Assembly: GCA_019429125.1 (NCBI GenBank)
Contig: JAHYJO010000009.1
Span: 1 to 52,946 of the forward strand
Source of the DNA: Nanobdellati archaeon
GTDB taxonomy: Archaea > EX4484-52 > GLR71
Direction of reading: 5' to 3'
DNA: 52,946 bases
Shown: positions 30,117-40,481 of the stretch, in pieces
Numbering within the stretch: the first letter of the stretch is position 1
How the letters are laid out: the number at the start of each line of letters is the position of its first letter
The notes under the pieces: model-generated
What the model was told of the DNA's origin: nothing
What the model saw: only the letters and a program-made list of their open reading frames with translations
The model's database searches: none
Made by a program: the position numbers and the translations under genes

Positions 30117-31844
30117 GTGTTTAACTCATTAAAAAAATCAAATATGATTCTATTTATTGTAACATTCTTTTTATTCTGTTCTGCGCTTTTTGCAACATCT
30201 TTTGCATTCCCGCAACAGCCGACCCACTTTTATGGTTATGTCTACTTGGGCGCAGATAATAATTCTGCAACAACAGGCACAAACATAACTGCAAAAATTA
30301 ACAACATCATTTTTTCTTCAACTCTGACAATAGATGGTAATTTATATTCATTTTTAGTTCCTACAGATGATTCCGAAACAGAGACTAAAGAAGGCGCAAC
30401 AACAGGTAATAACATATCCTTATTTGTAATAGATATATATTCAAACAGCTGGATATTTACAGGTCCTGGCGCATCAAACAGACTTGATCTTTACATAAAT
30501 CGCCCACCTGTATTAGATACGATTTCTGATATCTCTATCACCGAAAATGATACAGCAACAATCACACCACATGCAACAGATATAGACGGTGATTCTATAA
30601 CATATAGCATAAATGACACAGATAGATTCAAATGGTCAAGTTCATCATTTACATGGATAACAGATTATGATGATGCAGGTGTATACACAGTACGTGTCAC
30701 TGCAACAGATAGCGCAATGTCGGATTACCAAGATGTAACAGTCACAGTAGCAAACAAGAACCGTGCACCAGTCGCAGCAGATGGTAGCACAACAACATAT
30801 GAAGACACATCAAAAGACATCACACTTTCAGCAACAGATGCAGATGGTGACAGTTTAACATATGCTCTCGTAACAGCACCCACACATGGTACAGTCTCAA
30901 TCTCAGGCGCAACCGCAACTTATACACCAAACGCAAACTATAACGGTGCCGACTCATTCACCTTCAACGCAAACGACGGCACAGTGAACAGCACAGCAAA
31001 AACAATCTCAATCACAGTCACAGCCGTAAATGATGCACCTATATTGACCACAATATCTGACATATCAGTATTTGAGCGACAGAAGATAACGGTCAAACCA
31101 ATAGCAACAGACGTTGACTTGGATTCATTAACATTTACTGCAAACAACTCAAACCTGATTTGGAACACAACATCAAGCGTTTTTGAGTGGACACCAGATT
31201 ATCTTGACTCAGGAAATTATACAATAATAGTTACAGTATCAGACACAGTTCTTGAAGATTCGACAACATTCAACATAGAAGTCAAAGACAAGTATCACGC
31301 ATTTGACAGAGACCTTGCCCTTGGTTGGAACCTTATATCGTTCCCATATGTTCTTGACAGCGCATCAATAGACGATGTCTTATCCACAGTTACAGGAAAC
31401 TACAACGTTGTCTGGGCATATAATATATCAGCAGACGTAGAGTGGACAACTTATAATCCTACAATGCCTTTTGAAGGAAATACATTGAAGACACTTGAAA
31501 ATGTTCAAGGTTTCTGGGTCAACATGACATCTGCAGATAGACTGACAGTTATAGGCACAATACCTACATCAACAACAATCAATTTGAATCAAGGCTGGAA
31601 TTTAATATCTTATCCATTTAATGAGTCAGCAGATATAAGTTGTATGTTATCTCAAGTTGCTGGAAATTACACAGTAGTCTGGCAATACAATGAAACAGCA
31701 CCAGGCGCAGACTACGAAAAATGGACTCTAAACAATCCTGCTGCACCAGTCCAAGTAAATACTCTTGACAATTTCACAAAAGGATACGGTTACTGGATAA
31801 ACATGACTGAAATTGAAACTCTTGAGTGGACAAGCACCTGTTAA
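30117..31844 (+). CDS. Secreted surface protein with Ig/cadherin-like (Big_9-type) repeats
   Basis: Signal peptide ending SFA; NRPPV, NRAPV and NDAPI repeats with ATDxDGD; C-terminal GWNLIS...GF/YW duplicated domain. Confidence 0.88.
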   Translation: MFNSLKKSNMILFIVTFFLFCSALFATSFAFPQQPTHFYGYVYLGADNNSATTGTNITAKINNIIFSSTLTIDGNLYSFLVPTDDSETETKEGATTGNNISLFVIDIYSNSWIFTGPGASNRLDLYINRPPVLDTISDISITENDTATITPHATDIDGDSITYSINDTDRFKWSSSSFTWITDYDDAGVYTVRVTATDSAMSDYQDVTVTVANKNRAPVAADGSTTTYEDTSKDITLSATDADGDSLTYALVTAPTHGTVSISGATATYTPNANYNGADSFTFNANDGTVNSTAKTISITVTAVNDAPILTTISDISVFERQKITVKPIATDVDLDSLTFTANNSNLIWNTTSSVFEWTPDYLDSGNYTIIVTVSDTVLEDSTTFNIEVKDKYHAFDRDLALGWNLISFPYVLDSASIDDVLSTVTGNYNVVWAYNISADVEWTTYNPTMPFEGNTLKTLENVQGFWVNMTSADRLTVIGTIPTSTTINLNQGWNLISYPFNESADISCMLSQVAGNYTVVWQYNETAPGADYEKWTLNNPAAPVQVNTLDNFTKGYGYWINMTEIETLEWTSTC

Positions 31845-31878
31845 ACTATCAATATTTTTTTAAGGGAAATAGATTTAG

Positions 31879-32610
31879 ATGGGTTTAAGAAAAAAGATAA
31901 TAACCCAGAAAAACTGGAAACTTAAGATGCAGATAACTCTATTAATTCCACTTATATTTGTCATAGTTTATATATTTGCGCAAACTGGCGCAATAGACCT
32001 GTCCTCAATCACAGGTTTTGCAACCTTGGGCGCAAAAGGTAATAATCAAAATAATAATGATAAGTCTCCTGCAGTGTTAAGTGATGCAATCCTACCTGAA
32101 AATGATTATTCTATTTTTGCACAAGATTCATTTGATAAAGACAAAGACAAGAAAAAAGATGATAAAGATAAAGATTCTGACGAATCCAATCAGGATGACA
32201 ATTCTGATGAAAATGATGATGCACAAGGTCAAGAACCCCCTGCTTTAGGTGGCGGTGGTTCCGGCGGTAAAAAAAACGATAAGCCTCCAGTTGTAACTCC
32301 TCCTACAGATGATGATGATGATAATAATCCAGAACAATACCATGGATCAACTGGTGCAATACCTGATTTTCCTGCAAATTTCTGGGGTATTCTTACTATA
32401 AATTATAATGTTGCAAGTGCCGGAGAAACAATAATTGCAACAGTCAACAACACAGAATATCAGACAACAACACTTACTGGCGGTTATTATACGATTACAT
32501 TTCCTGAAACTGGTGAACTTATTGATTTTTCATATAATGGGACCCTTATAGGGAGCTCATCTGTAATTAGTGGTGCAGTCAAAGAATTAAATCTAACTTT
32601 TAATGTGTGA
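31879..32610 (+). CDS. Membrane-anchored surface protein with acidic low-complexity linker
   Basis: N-terminal TM + ITGFA; D/K/G-rich linker; C-terminal PDFPANFWG domain. Confidence 0.8.
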   Translation: MGLRKKIITQKNWKLKMQITLLIPLIFVIVYIFAQTGAIDLSSITGFATLGAKGNNQNNNDKSPAVLSDAILPENDYSIFAQDSFDKDKDKKKDDKDKDSDESNQDDNSDENDDAQGQEPPALGGGGSGGKKNDKPPVVTPPTDDDDDNNPEQYHGSTGAIPDFPANFWGILTINYNVASAGETIIATVNNTEYQTTTLTGGYYTITFPETGELIDFSYNGTLIGSSSVISGAVKELNLTFNV

Positions 32611-32616
32611 TATCAT

Positions 32617-35319
32617 ATGAGTCTGTCTACTAAAAACAAATCAATTGATAAAAATGATAGTCCTGATTTTGAAGTATTCTGTTCGCCTAATTATCCTAAT
32701 GCCTTTGTAAATCTTAAAAATGCATGGTTCTCTTTAGCCCAAAAAGTTTATTACGCAGAGTTGTGCATAGAGGGTCTTGAGACCAAAAATTATTCAGAGT
32801 TCCAAGTTCTAGGAAAAGGTCTATATGATCTCAGTATTCATAAAGATATTCTTAAGGACTGCCGAGCGCATCTTGAAGATATCAGTTCATATAATCTTAA
32901 GGGTGTGGGTGTAAATAACATATCATTAGATGATCTTTCAGGACTTATAAATTCTAATATACCTAATGAGATTCAAACTGATTTTTGCACTCTTCTTGAA
33001 TATGATGTTATGATGAAAGATGCAATTAATCTAATAACACACAATGACTATTTATTGACCCAAAATTCAACAGCCAATCCAAAAAAGACAAACATAATTA
33101 CTTCATTTACCGACACTGCAAAAGAAATTCCAAATGTAATATATGATGCTCTATTCAATCCAAAAAATACCTTAATAAAAGCCACATCAATGACAGTCAT
33201 AGGCTCATTATTATTGTCAGGTTTTGCATCTGCTTTTGATGGCAATCATCATCTCTCATCAGACAGCGCAGACACAGTCTATCAAGATTTACTCCATCAA
33301 CTAGATTTAATTCTTCCAGATTTACCAGACATTCTACCTATCGCAGCTGCACAACCCGTAACCCAAAGTGTACCAACCCAACCGACATTTTTTGGAGGTT
33401 ATGGTAAACTTGACGGTTCAATTGTAAACTCTTCAGAAGTTTCACTGACAGCTTTAGTAAATGAAACGTCCTACGATGTAACTACTTGGTTTACTGATAA
33501 TTCTGGAAATGAATTTTTTACAATCACCATACCTTATGACGCAACAAATGCCGAAAAAAATGTGACCTTCTTCTGCCTTGATGAAGACACAGCTCAAACA
33601 TTTATGTCAGAAGAAAATGGTACAATGGTAAGTGGCGCATCTAACTATCCCTTCAATGTAACATTTACAGATGATCAATCACCACTATTTAACACACAAG
33701 ATATATCAGTTTACGCCAAAGACCCAGACAATAAAGTAAATGATGTAAACATCTCAACAACATCAAATGAACCTGTGACTATGTTAGTCAAAGAAGATGG
33801 TGCTGAACTTTTCAACAGCACAGTTCTAAACAAAGAACGGATTTTGACTTTAAACAATCAAACTGATGGTACTCACATTTATCAAATTATAATTTCAGAT
33901 AAAAACAACAATCAGAACACAACCCAACTATCTGCAACAATTGATACCGCGCCTCTCGCCGATACAACTCCTCCAACACTTCTAAGTTCAGAAATAGAAG
34001 TAACAGCTATCGACGGAGATACACTAAAAAATGATGTCACTGTATCAATAACAACAGATGAACTGACATCTATTAAAATTGAAAATGAAAATGGTTTAGT
34101 CTATTCAAATACTAGCTTGAAAACTGATTGGTCTGTATTATTAAAAGATCAAACAGAGGGTGATAGAGTTTACAATATTACATTTTCAGATTCAAGTAAC
34201 AATAATGATTCAATAGAATTATCAATCTTAATTGATACAACATTACCTAATCTTATTGATTATTTAGTATCTGTCTTTGACAGAGATGGTGACGGCAACA
34301 ACGATGATGTAAAATTAAAATTTAATCTCACCGAAAATGCATCAATTTATACTCAAATAATCGGCACAGAATCAAACACAACAAACAGCACATTTTTAAC
34401 AAATCCAATCCTTTATTTCAACAACTTGTCCGAAGGAAATTATAATGGTTTTGATTTAAACATGACAGACCTTTCAGGCAACCAAAATAATTTATCAATT
34501 TTATTTCCGATAAACATAACAAAAAAAGTAGTTGAAGACGACGACACAGACACTCCACCTGTTGATAAACCTGGTGGCAGTGGTGGTGGCGGTGGCGGCG
34601 GTGGTGGCGGATCTACAGGAGAAAAATACGAAAACATAATATTCAAAGACAGTTTAGGCGAGCAGATAATAAATAATATGATAACTATTTACAATTTTAA
34701 CAATCCTGAGAATCCAATAAATTATCTTGAATTTATGTCATCAACAAATAAAGGTTCACAGAATCTAAATATTCAAGTTCTTAAATATAAATCTGCATTA
34801 GTTGACAAAAACGCAGAAGACATTGTTGCGATGTATTTTAACATGTATCTTGGTCTGGTAGGCACAGAGAATGGTCTTGATAACATTAATCTTGAATTTG
34901 GTCTGATTGATAATATAATATCTGACAAATCCCTTGATCTTTACTCAATAAGATTGATGTACTTTGAAAACGGAAAATGGGTTGAGATTGAAACAGAATA
35001 TAAAGAACATGATAAAGTCAATGGTGAATATGTATTCTCAGTAGAACTAGACCACATCTCAGGTAACTATGCAATCGTCGGAAAAGACGCATCAATAATG
35101 CCGATGCTAGGAAATATGGGTGATAGTAAACCCGACATACAACAATCAAAACCCGACAATTCAGATAACTCAAGTTCATTCTCATCAACAAATACCTCTG
35201 AAGATACCCAAGACCCAGCTGATGAAGAACCAGAAGCAACACCAGGTATTAATCCATTAACATCTATACTCCCCGCAGCATATCATCTATTAAGTTTACG
35301 CAAAAAGAAGAAAAACTAA
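32617..35319 (+). CDS. PGF-pre-PGF-like surface glycoprotein with unusual N-terminal extension
   Basis: Ig-like repeats (DTTPP), GGGGGGGSTGEKYENI, PGF-pre-PGF-like domain, TPGI...RKKKKN tail; many N-x-S/T sequons. Confidence 0.8.
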   Translation: MSLSTKNKSIDKNDSPDFEVFCSPNYPNAFVNLKNAWFSLAQKVYYAELCIEGLETKNYSEFQVLGKGLYDLSIHKDILKDCRAHLEDISSYNLKGVGVNNISLDDLSGLINSNIPNEIQTDFCTLLEYDVMMKDAINLITHNDYLLTQNSTANPKKTNIITSFTDTAKEIPNVIYDALFNPKNTLIKATSMTVIGSLLLSGFASAFDGNHHLSSDSADTVYQDLLHQLDLILPDLPDILPIAAAQPVTQSVPTQPTFFGGYGKLDGSIVNSSEVSLTALVNETSYDVTTWFTDNSGNEFFTITIPYDATNAEKNVTFFCLDEDTAQTFMSEENGTMVSGASNYPFNVTFTDDQSPLFNTQDISVYAKDPDNKVNDVNISTTSNEPVTMLVKEDGAELFNSTVLNKERILTLNNQTDGTHIYQIIISDKNNNQNTTQLSATIDTAPLADTTPPTLLSSEIEVTAIDGDTLKNDVTVSITTDELTSIKIENENGLVYSNTSLKTDWSVLLKDQTEGDRVYNITFSDSSNNNDSIELSILIDTTLPNLIDYLVSVFDRDGDGNNDDVKLKFNLTENASIYTQIIGTESNTTNSTFLTNPILYFNNLSEGNYNGFDLNMTDLSGNQNNLSILFPINITKKVVEDDDTDTPPVDKPGGSGGGGGGGGGGSTGEKYENIIFKDSLGEQIINNMITIYNFNNPENPINYLEFMSSTNKGSQNLNIQVLKYKSALVDKNAEDIVAMYFNMYLGLVGTENGLDNINLEFGLIDNIISDKSLDLYSIRLMYFENGKWVEIETEYKEHDKVNGEYVFSVELDHISGNYAIVGKDASIMPMLGNMGDSKPDIQQSKPDNSDNSSSFSSTNTSEDTQDPADEEPEATPGINPLTSILPAAYHLLSLRKKKKN

Positions 35320-36203
35320 TTCTTATAAACTCTTAAAATTTCAGAATAAACTATTTTAACAAATTCTTCAGGTTCAACATCGGTCCCACCATTTCGGTCA
35401 GTACTACCTGCATTCCATCGACATCCAAAATTAGGGATATTAAGATCCCTAAGTATTATGTCTCCTGCCATCTTTCCAAGCCTAACCTTTATTTCCCATT
35501 TTCTTTTTGAACCGGCAGACATAGGACTAGCCATAACAATTAGTTTTGCATCTGGCAAATATTCAGGCACAAGTTCCGATTCAATCTTTTCATCTAAAGT
35601 TATGTAATAAATACCATTCTGTTCTGAAAATGCTCCATCATCAACAAGTCGTTGTACTTCTTCTCTACTTTCCTTTCTATCCTCAAGCAAAATTTCAGCT
35701 TTAGTATCTATCGGTTCATCATTGAGATTATAATATAGGTTCTCCATAATGAACGGCAAATCTCTTGTTTCTTGCAATGCTTGGAGGATGTCGGCAATTT
35801 CATTTTCAGCCCCTGTGTGGTCAGCAGAAATAGCCGCAAAATTATAAATCTCACGAGGTTCAAGAACACCTGTCATTATCATGCTTGATAGCACAGCATC
35901 ACAGTCAGTGTGATTAATAATAATCATATAATCTGAAGAGATAACACCATATTTTTTAACATAATCAATTGCAATAGTAGTACTTGAAATATTTTTATAC
36001 ATCTGTTTGATTGGCGCATGATGATCAATGTTTAATACATCCTCATAAGTTATACCTTCCTTTGAGAATTCTCCCTTTTCAGTACCCTGTAAATAAAAAT
36101 CACAGATACATAGTTTTGAGTCCGGAAACATTTCCTTCAGTTCAGAATAAGTGTATACTGACTTTTCGTCAATAAGTATAACATTATCAGGAACTTTAAA
36201 CAT
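35316..36203 (-). CDS. DHH-like phosphoesterase, divergent
   Basis: NIDHH, NHTDCDAVLS, ADHTG and WNAGST motifs. Confidence 0.55.
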   Translation of the reverse strand: MFKVPDNVILIDEKSVYTYSELKEMFPDSKLCICDFYLQGTEKGEFSKEGITYEDVLNIDHHAPIKQMYKNISSTTIAIDYVKKYGVISSDYMIIINHTDCDAVLSSMIMTGVLEPREIYNFAAISADHTGAENEIADILQALQETRDLPFIMENLYYNLNDEPIDTKAEILLEDRKESREEVQRLVDDGAFSEQNGIYYITLDEKIESELVPEYLPDAKLIVMASPMSAGSKRKWEIKVRLGKMAGDIILRDLNIPNFGCRWNAGSTDRNGGTDVEPEEFVKIVYSEILRVYKN

Positions 36204-36242
36204 AATAAATAATTAAATAGTGAATTTTATAAGATAAGAAAC

Positions 36243-37199
36243 TCACTCACACAACTTAGAAAACACAGATTCAATTTCGTCTTTAGTTTTACATGTACCA
36301 ATTTCAGCTCTTGCCTCGCGCCCGCCACTAACATTTTTAGTAAACCAACAAGCTTGAACCTTATAATCTTTAAGTTTGGGATTGATGCGCTTATATTTAT
36401 CCATAAGCGCACACATAGTCTTGTAAACCTCAAACTTTTCTTTTGCAGTCGGGTCAGGTATAATCGTTCCATTTTTAAGATATTCCTCGCATTGCTTAAA
36501 TATGAATGGGTTTCCTATTGCGCCACGGCCTATCATTACAAGGTCGCAACCAGTCTTGTCAATCATATCTTTTGCATCTTGCGCACAGAACACGTCACCA
36601 TTACCAATGACCGGAATTCCTACAGCCTCTTTGACTTTTTTAATCATGTCCCAGTCAGCCTTGCCAGTATATTTGTCGCGCATAGTCCGCCCATGAACAG
36701 TTATTGCAGCGGCTCCCGCCGTCTCAATAATCTTTGCAATTGAAACAGTATCCTTTTTAGAATCAATCCCTAGCCGTATTTTTGCAGTGACTGGAATTGA
36801 TGCAGTTGTTGATGCGCGAGATATAATTTCAGCAATAAGTTTTTTGTCTTTAAGTAATACCGCGCCAGAATTATTTCGTGATAATTTAATCGATGGGCAT
36901 CCCATATTAATGTCTACAATGTCAGCGTTCATCGCTTCCATGGCGTGCGCACTCTTTGCCAATTTTTTAGGGTCCGAGCCGAATATCTGCACAGCAATGG
37001 GTCTTTCAATTTCTGCCGTATTGAATTCTTTCTTGAACCTATACTTTCCGTACTGTTCAACATCAGCATCTATCATCTCAGAGAACCCGAGCGCAGCACC
37101 ATACCTTTTGCACAGTATCCTGTAAGGTAATGTTGATACTGAGCACATCGGCGCAAGGACTGTCTTGCCTTTTATGCGCACATTCCCAATCTTAATCAT
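36243..37199 (-). CDS. dusB: tRNA-dihydrouridine synthase (DusB-like)
   Basis: LAPM, QIFG, DINMGCP, TVHGRT, GNGDV, MIGRG. Confidence 0.93.
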   Translation of the reverse strand: MIKIGNVRIKGKTVLAPMCSVSTLPYRILCKRYGAALGFSEMIDADVEQYGKYRFKKEFNTAEIERPIAVQIFGSDPKKLAKSAHAMEAMNADIVDINMGCPSIKLSRNNSGAVLLKDKKLIAEIISRASTTASIPVTAKIRLGIDSKKDTVSIAKIIETAGAAAITVHGRTMRDKYTGKADWDMIKKVKEAVGIPVIGNGDVFCAQDAKDMIDKTGCDLVMIGRGAIGNPFIFKQCEEYLKNGTIIPDPTAKEKFEVYKTMCALMDKYKRINPKLKDYKVQACWFTKNVSGGREARAEIGTCKTKDEIESVFSKLCE

Positions 37200-37267
37200 A
37201 GATAAAGTTTGTATAGTAAATGTTTTAAAAGTAGAAGATTGAATTAAGATAAAAACAAATAAAAAAA

Positions 37268-37351
37268 CGCCGAAGGCAGGATTTGAACCTGCGCGTGCGC
37301 AAACACAATGGTTTTCGAGACCATCGCCTTGCCGGGCTAGACTACTTCGGC
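37268..37351 (-). tRNA. tRNA-Ser(CGA)
   Basis: GCCGAAG/CTTCGGC acceptor, ATGGT-CTCGAAA-ACCAT, long variable arm, GCAGG-TTCAAAT-CCTGC. Confidence 0.95.
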
Positions 37352-37475
37352 CTGGCTTCAGAAAGCCCGGGTATCTGTAACACCATTCGCATTCGCTCAG
37401 GTGTCATGTTTTAATTTGGCTTTCTTATAAAACTCTAGCTAACATTATCTTCAGAATCAAACTTTATAACTTTTT

Positions 37476-38144
37476 TTAAAGAACCTGCACAGAAATACCA
37501 TCTTCTTCAAGAAGCTCGCGCATCCCCTTGACATGCCCTGCGCCGACAACCACAACAATATTCTCAAATTCAGCTGATAATTTCATAAGATTATGAGCCA
37601 TAAACCAGTTCCTATCCTCAACTAAAACCTTATAGATTGAAGGAAAAGACGATTCCATATATACCATTGCCATATCAATAAATTCTGATTCAGGAATCTT
37701 ATTCAAATCAATACCCTCTTTAGCAGGAATGACCTTTGATGCACCAATACCTAAAAGTCCCAGAACCATATAACTAATCAATTTGACTTTTTCTTTAAGA
37801 CCCATAGCGCGCATAAGTTTGTTAATAGTAATATCAATCCTCTGATCAATTAATGCAACTCTAGAATCAGCTTTTTTAGCATGACGCACAGCATCAAGCA
37901 TCTCCTGTCCAGGCAAGATGCCCGTCTCTTTAGAAAGTGTCTCTTGCATCTTCTGCAACAGCAACATTATGATTTTCTGAACAATTGGAAGTTTCATCTT
38001 ACCTTTTTTATTCTGTTGAAGTCCGCGAAGTCTTGCAAGATCAAGTTCAACTGCAACAAGATCAGGTTTTATGCTAGAAATACTACTGTCAACCTTAAGA
38101 AGACTTTCTTTTGCAATATGTGATGTCCCGATAAGATATATCAT
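37476..38144 (-). CDS. TraB/GumN-family protein
   Basis: LIGTSHI, VAVELD, PGQEM, EDRNWFM, VVGAGHVKG. Confidence 0.92.
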   Translation of the reverse strand: MIYLIGTSHIAKESLLKVDSSISSIKPDLVAVELDLARLRGLQQNKKGKMKLPIVQKIIMLLLQKMQETLSKETGILPGQEMLDAVRHAKKADSRVALIDQRIDITINKLMRAMGLKEKVKLISYMVLGLLGIGASKVIPAKEGIDLNKIPESEFIDMAMVYMESSFPSIYKVLVEDRNWFMAHNLMKLSAEFENIVVVVGAGHVKGMRELLEEDGISVQVL

Positions 38145-38192
38145 AGGATAAATAATTCAAGAATCTTTATATAACATTTATCTAAAAAAACG

Positions 38193-39242
<1,050 letters not shown>

Positions 39243-39321
39243 CTATCTTATAAATGATAGGGGTGTCAACATTTATAACCATATCTATAAGCTATAAACC
39301 ACACATATAAATCATTCAATC

Positions 39322-40095
39322 TCAAGCGCGAAAATACTCAAGTGCTTCACCGATATTTGCAACCTCAACAACTTTAATATTTGCAAGGTATTCAATCTTT
39401 ACAGGCACAAGTTCAGGTTGGCAGTAATCTTTAAATATCCCATAATCCGAGCAGAATTCAGTCTCATTATATTCATAAGCTTCACCGACTGGGACAAGGA
39501 ATAATTCAGCACCAATTTCTTTAGAAGCCATAGCTTTTGCCTTAATCCGTCCAGCAGGACCGATACTTCCATCATGGTTGATAGTGCCTGTAACCATAAC
39601 CTTATCATTTATATCTGACCCAGTAAGTGCAAGAACTGTAGCGATAGTGATAGCAGCACCAGCAGACGGTCCTTCAAGAATTGAAGCATCCGCCACAAGA
39701 TTATAAGTTATGTCAACCTCTTCAAGACTAATATTCAAATAATCTGAAGCAATCTCTGCTGCACTCCTCATTGATGCCTGAGTATCATAATTAGTTATAA
39801 TATTTCCTACATTAACAAGTATCAACCCTGAACCTGAACTGACAGCAACCTCTAAAAATGCAGTAACTCCAGTATCATTGCCGTTGACTGCCGGAAGGTT
39901 TATAGTCAAAGAATTAGGTAAATCAAGATAAAGCACCTCTTTTTCAATAGGTGTTTGGGTAATCATCTTGATAGCATCAGCATCAACCTCTGTAAAAAAT
40001 ATTGCGCCAGAATATAGTCCTACACTAAATATAAGGAGTATTATGAGCGCAGTCTTAACGTTTAGATGATTTGTTTCACATTTTTTCTTGTTCAT
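39322..40095 (-). CDS. Membrane-anchored Lon-type (S16) serine protease domain protein
   Basis: EGPSAG, VTGTINHDGSIGPAG, IKAK Ser-Lys dyad; N-terminal TM. Start set at ATG 40095 (AGGTG RBS) because the longer ORF overlaps SRP RNA. Confidence 0.88.
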   Translation of the reverse strand: MNKKKCETNHLNVKTALIILLIFSVGLYSGAIFFTEVDADAIKMITQTPIEKEVLYLDLPNSLTINLPAVNGNDTGVTAFLEVAVSSGSGLILVNVGNIITNYDTQASMRSAAEIASDYLNISLEEVDITYNLVADASILEGPSAGAAITIATVLALTGSDINDKVMVTGTINHDGSIGPAGRIKAKAMASKEIGAELFLVPVGEAYEYNETEFCSDYGIFKDYCQPELVPVKIEYLANIKVVEVANIGEALEYFRA

Positions 40096-40128
40096 AGATG
40101 GACACCTTTTTTTAATAAATATAAAGAT

Positions 40129-40401
40129 GACAAGGCGCGCAATCTCGTGGATGCCAATACCCAAGCCTTACCAACCCACCTACCTCCACTCTGGATCCTT
40201 TAAGCACCCATACGATACCTTAGTGTTGCTCCCGTCAGGGCCTGGCACGGTTCGACATCCTATAAATCATAAAGGGCAGGGTATCAACGTTCGGAAAAGT
40301 CAGCAGACACTTAAGTCTTAAGCACCGCCGAAATTGCTTCATCCTGCTATAGACGATTTCACAGTTACAGGGAGCGCCTACCTCCCCAATAAAGCCTTGC
40401 C
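40129..40401 (-). ncRNA. ffs: Archaeal SRP (7S) RNA
   Basis: Helix 1 GGCAAGGC/GCCTTGTC, Alu TGTAA motif, helix 8 AACCGTGCCAGGCCC-TGAC-GGGAGCAAC; TATA box upstream. Confidence 0.9.
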
Positions 40402-40481
40402 AATATAATATTGAGAAATAACTTTTATATACTAATTGCCCCCACAGCAACATTTAAATAAATAAATTCAAATATCTAACC

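Noticed and set aside
37366-37376. CCCGGGTATCT, complementary to a conserved archaeal 16S rRNA segment, as a C/D guide
   Set aside because: Only 11 nt, on the strand opposite the promoter, and without proper C/D boxes.
40129-40401. RNase P RNA
   Set aside because: No GAGGAAAGTCC P4 motif; helix 8 and Alu motifs identify SRP RNA.
40088-40453. ORFs 40088-40321 and 40235-40453, and the 5' extension of the Lon-like ORF to 40164
   Set aside because: They overlap the SRP RNA gene.
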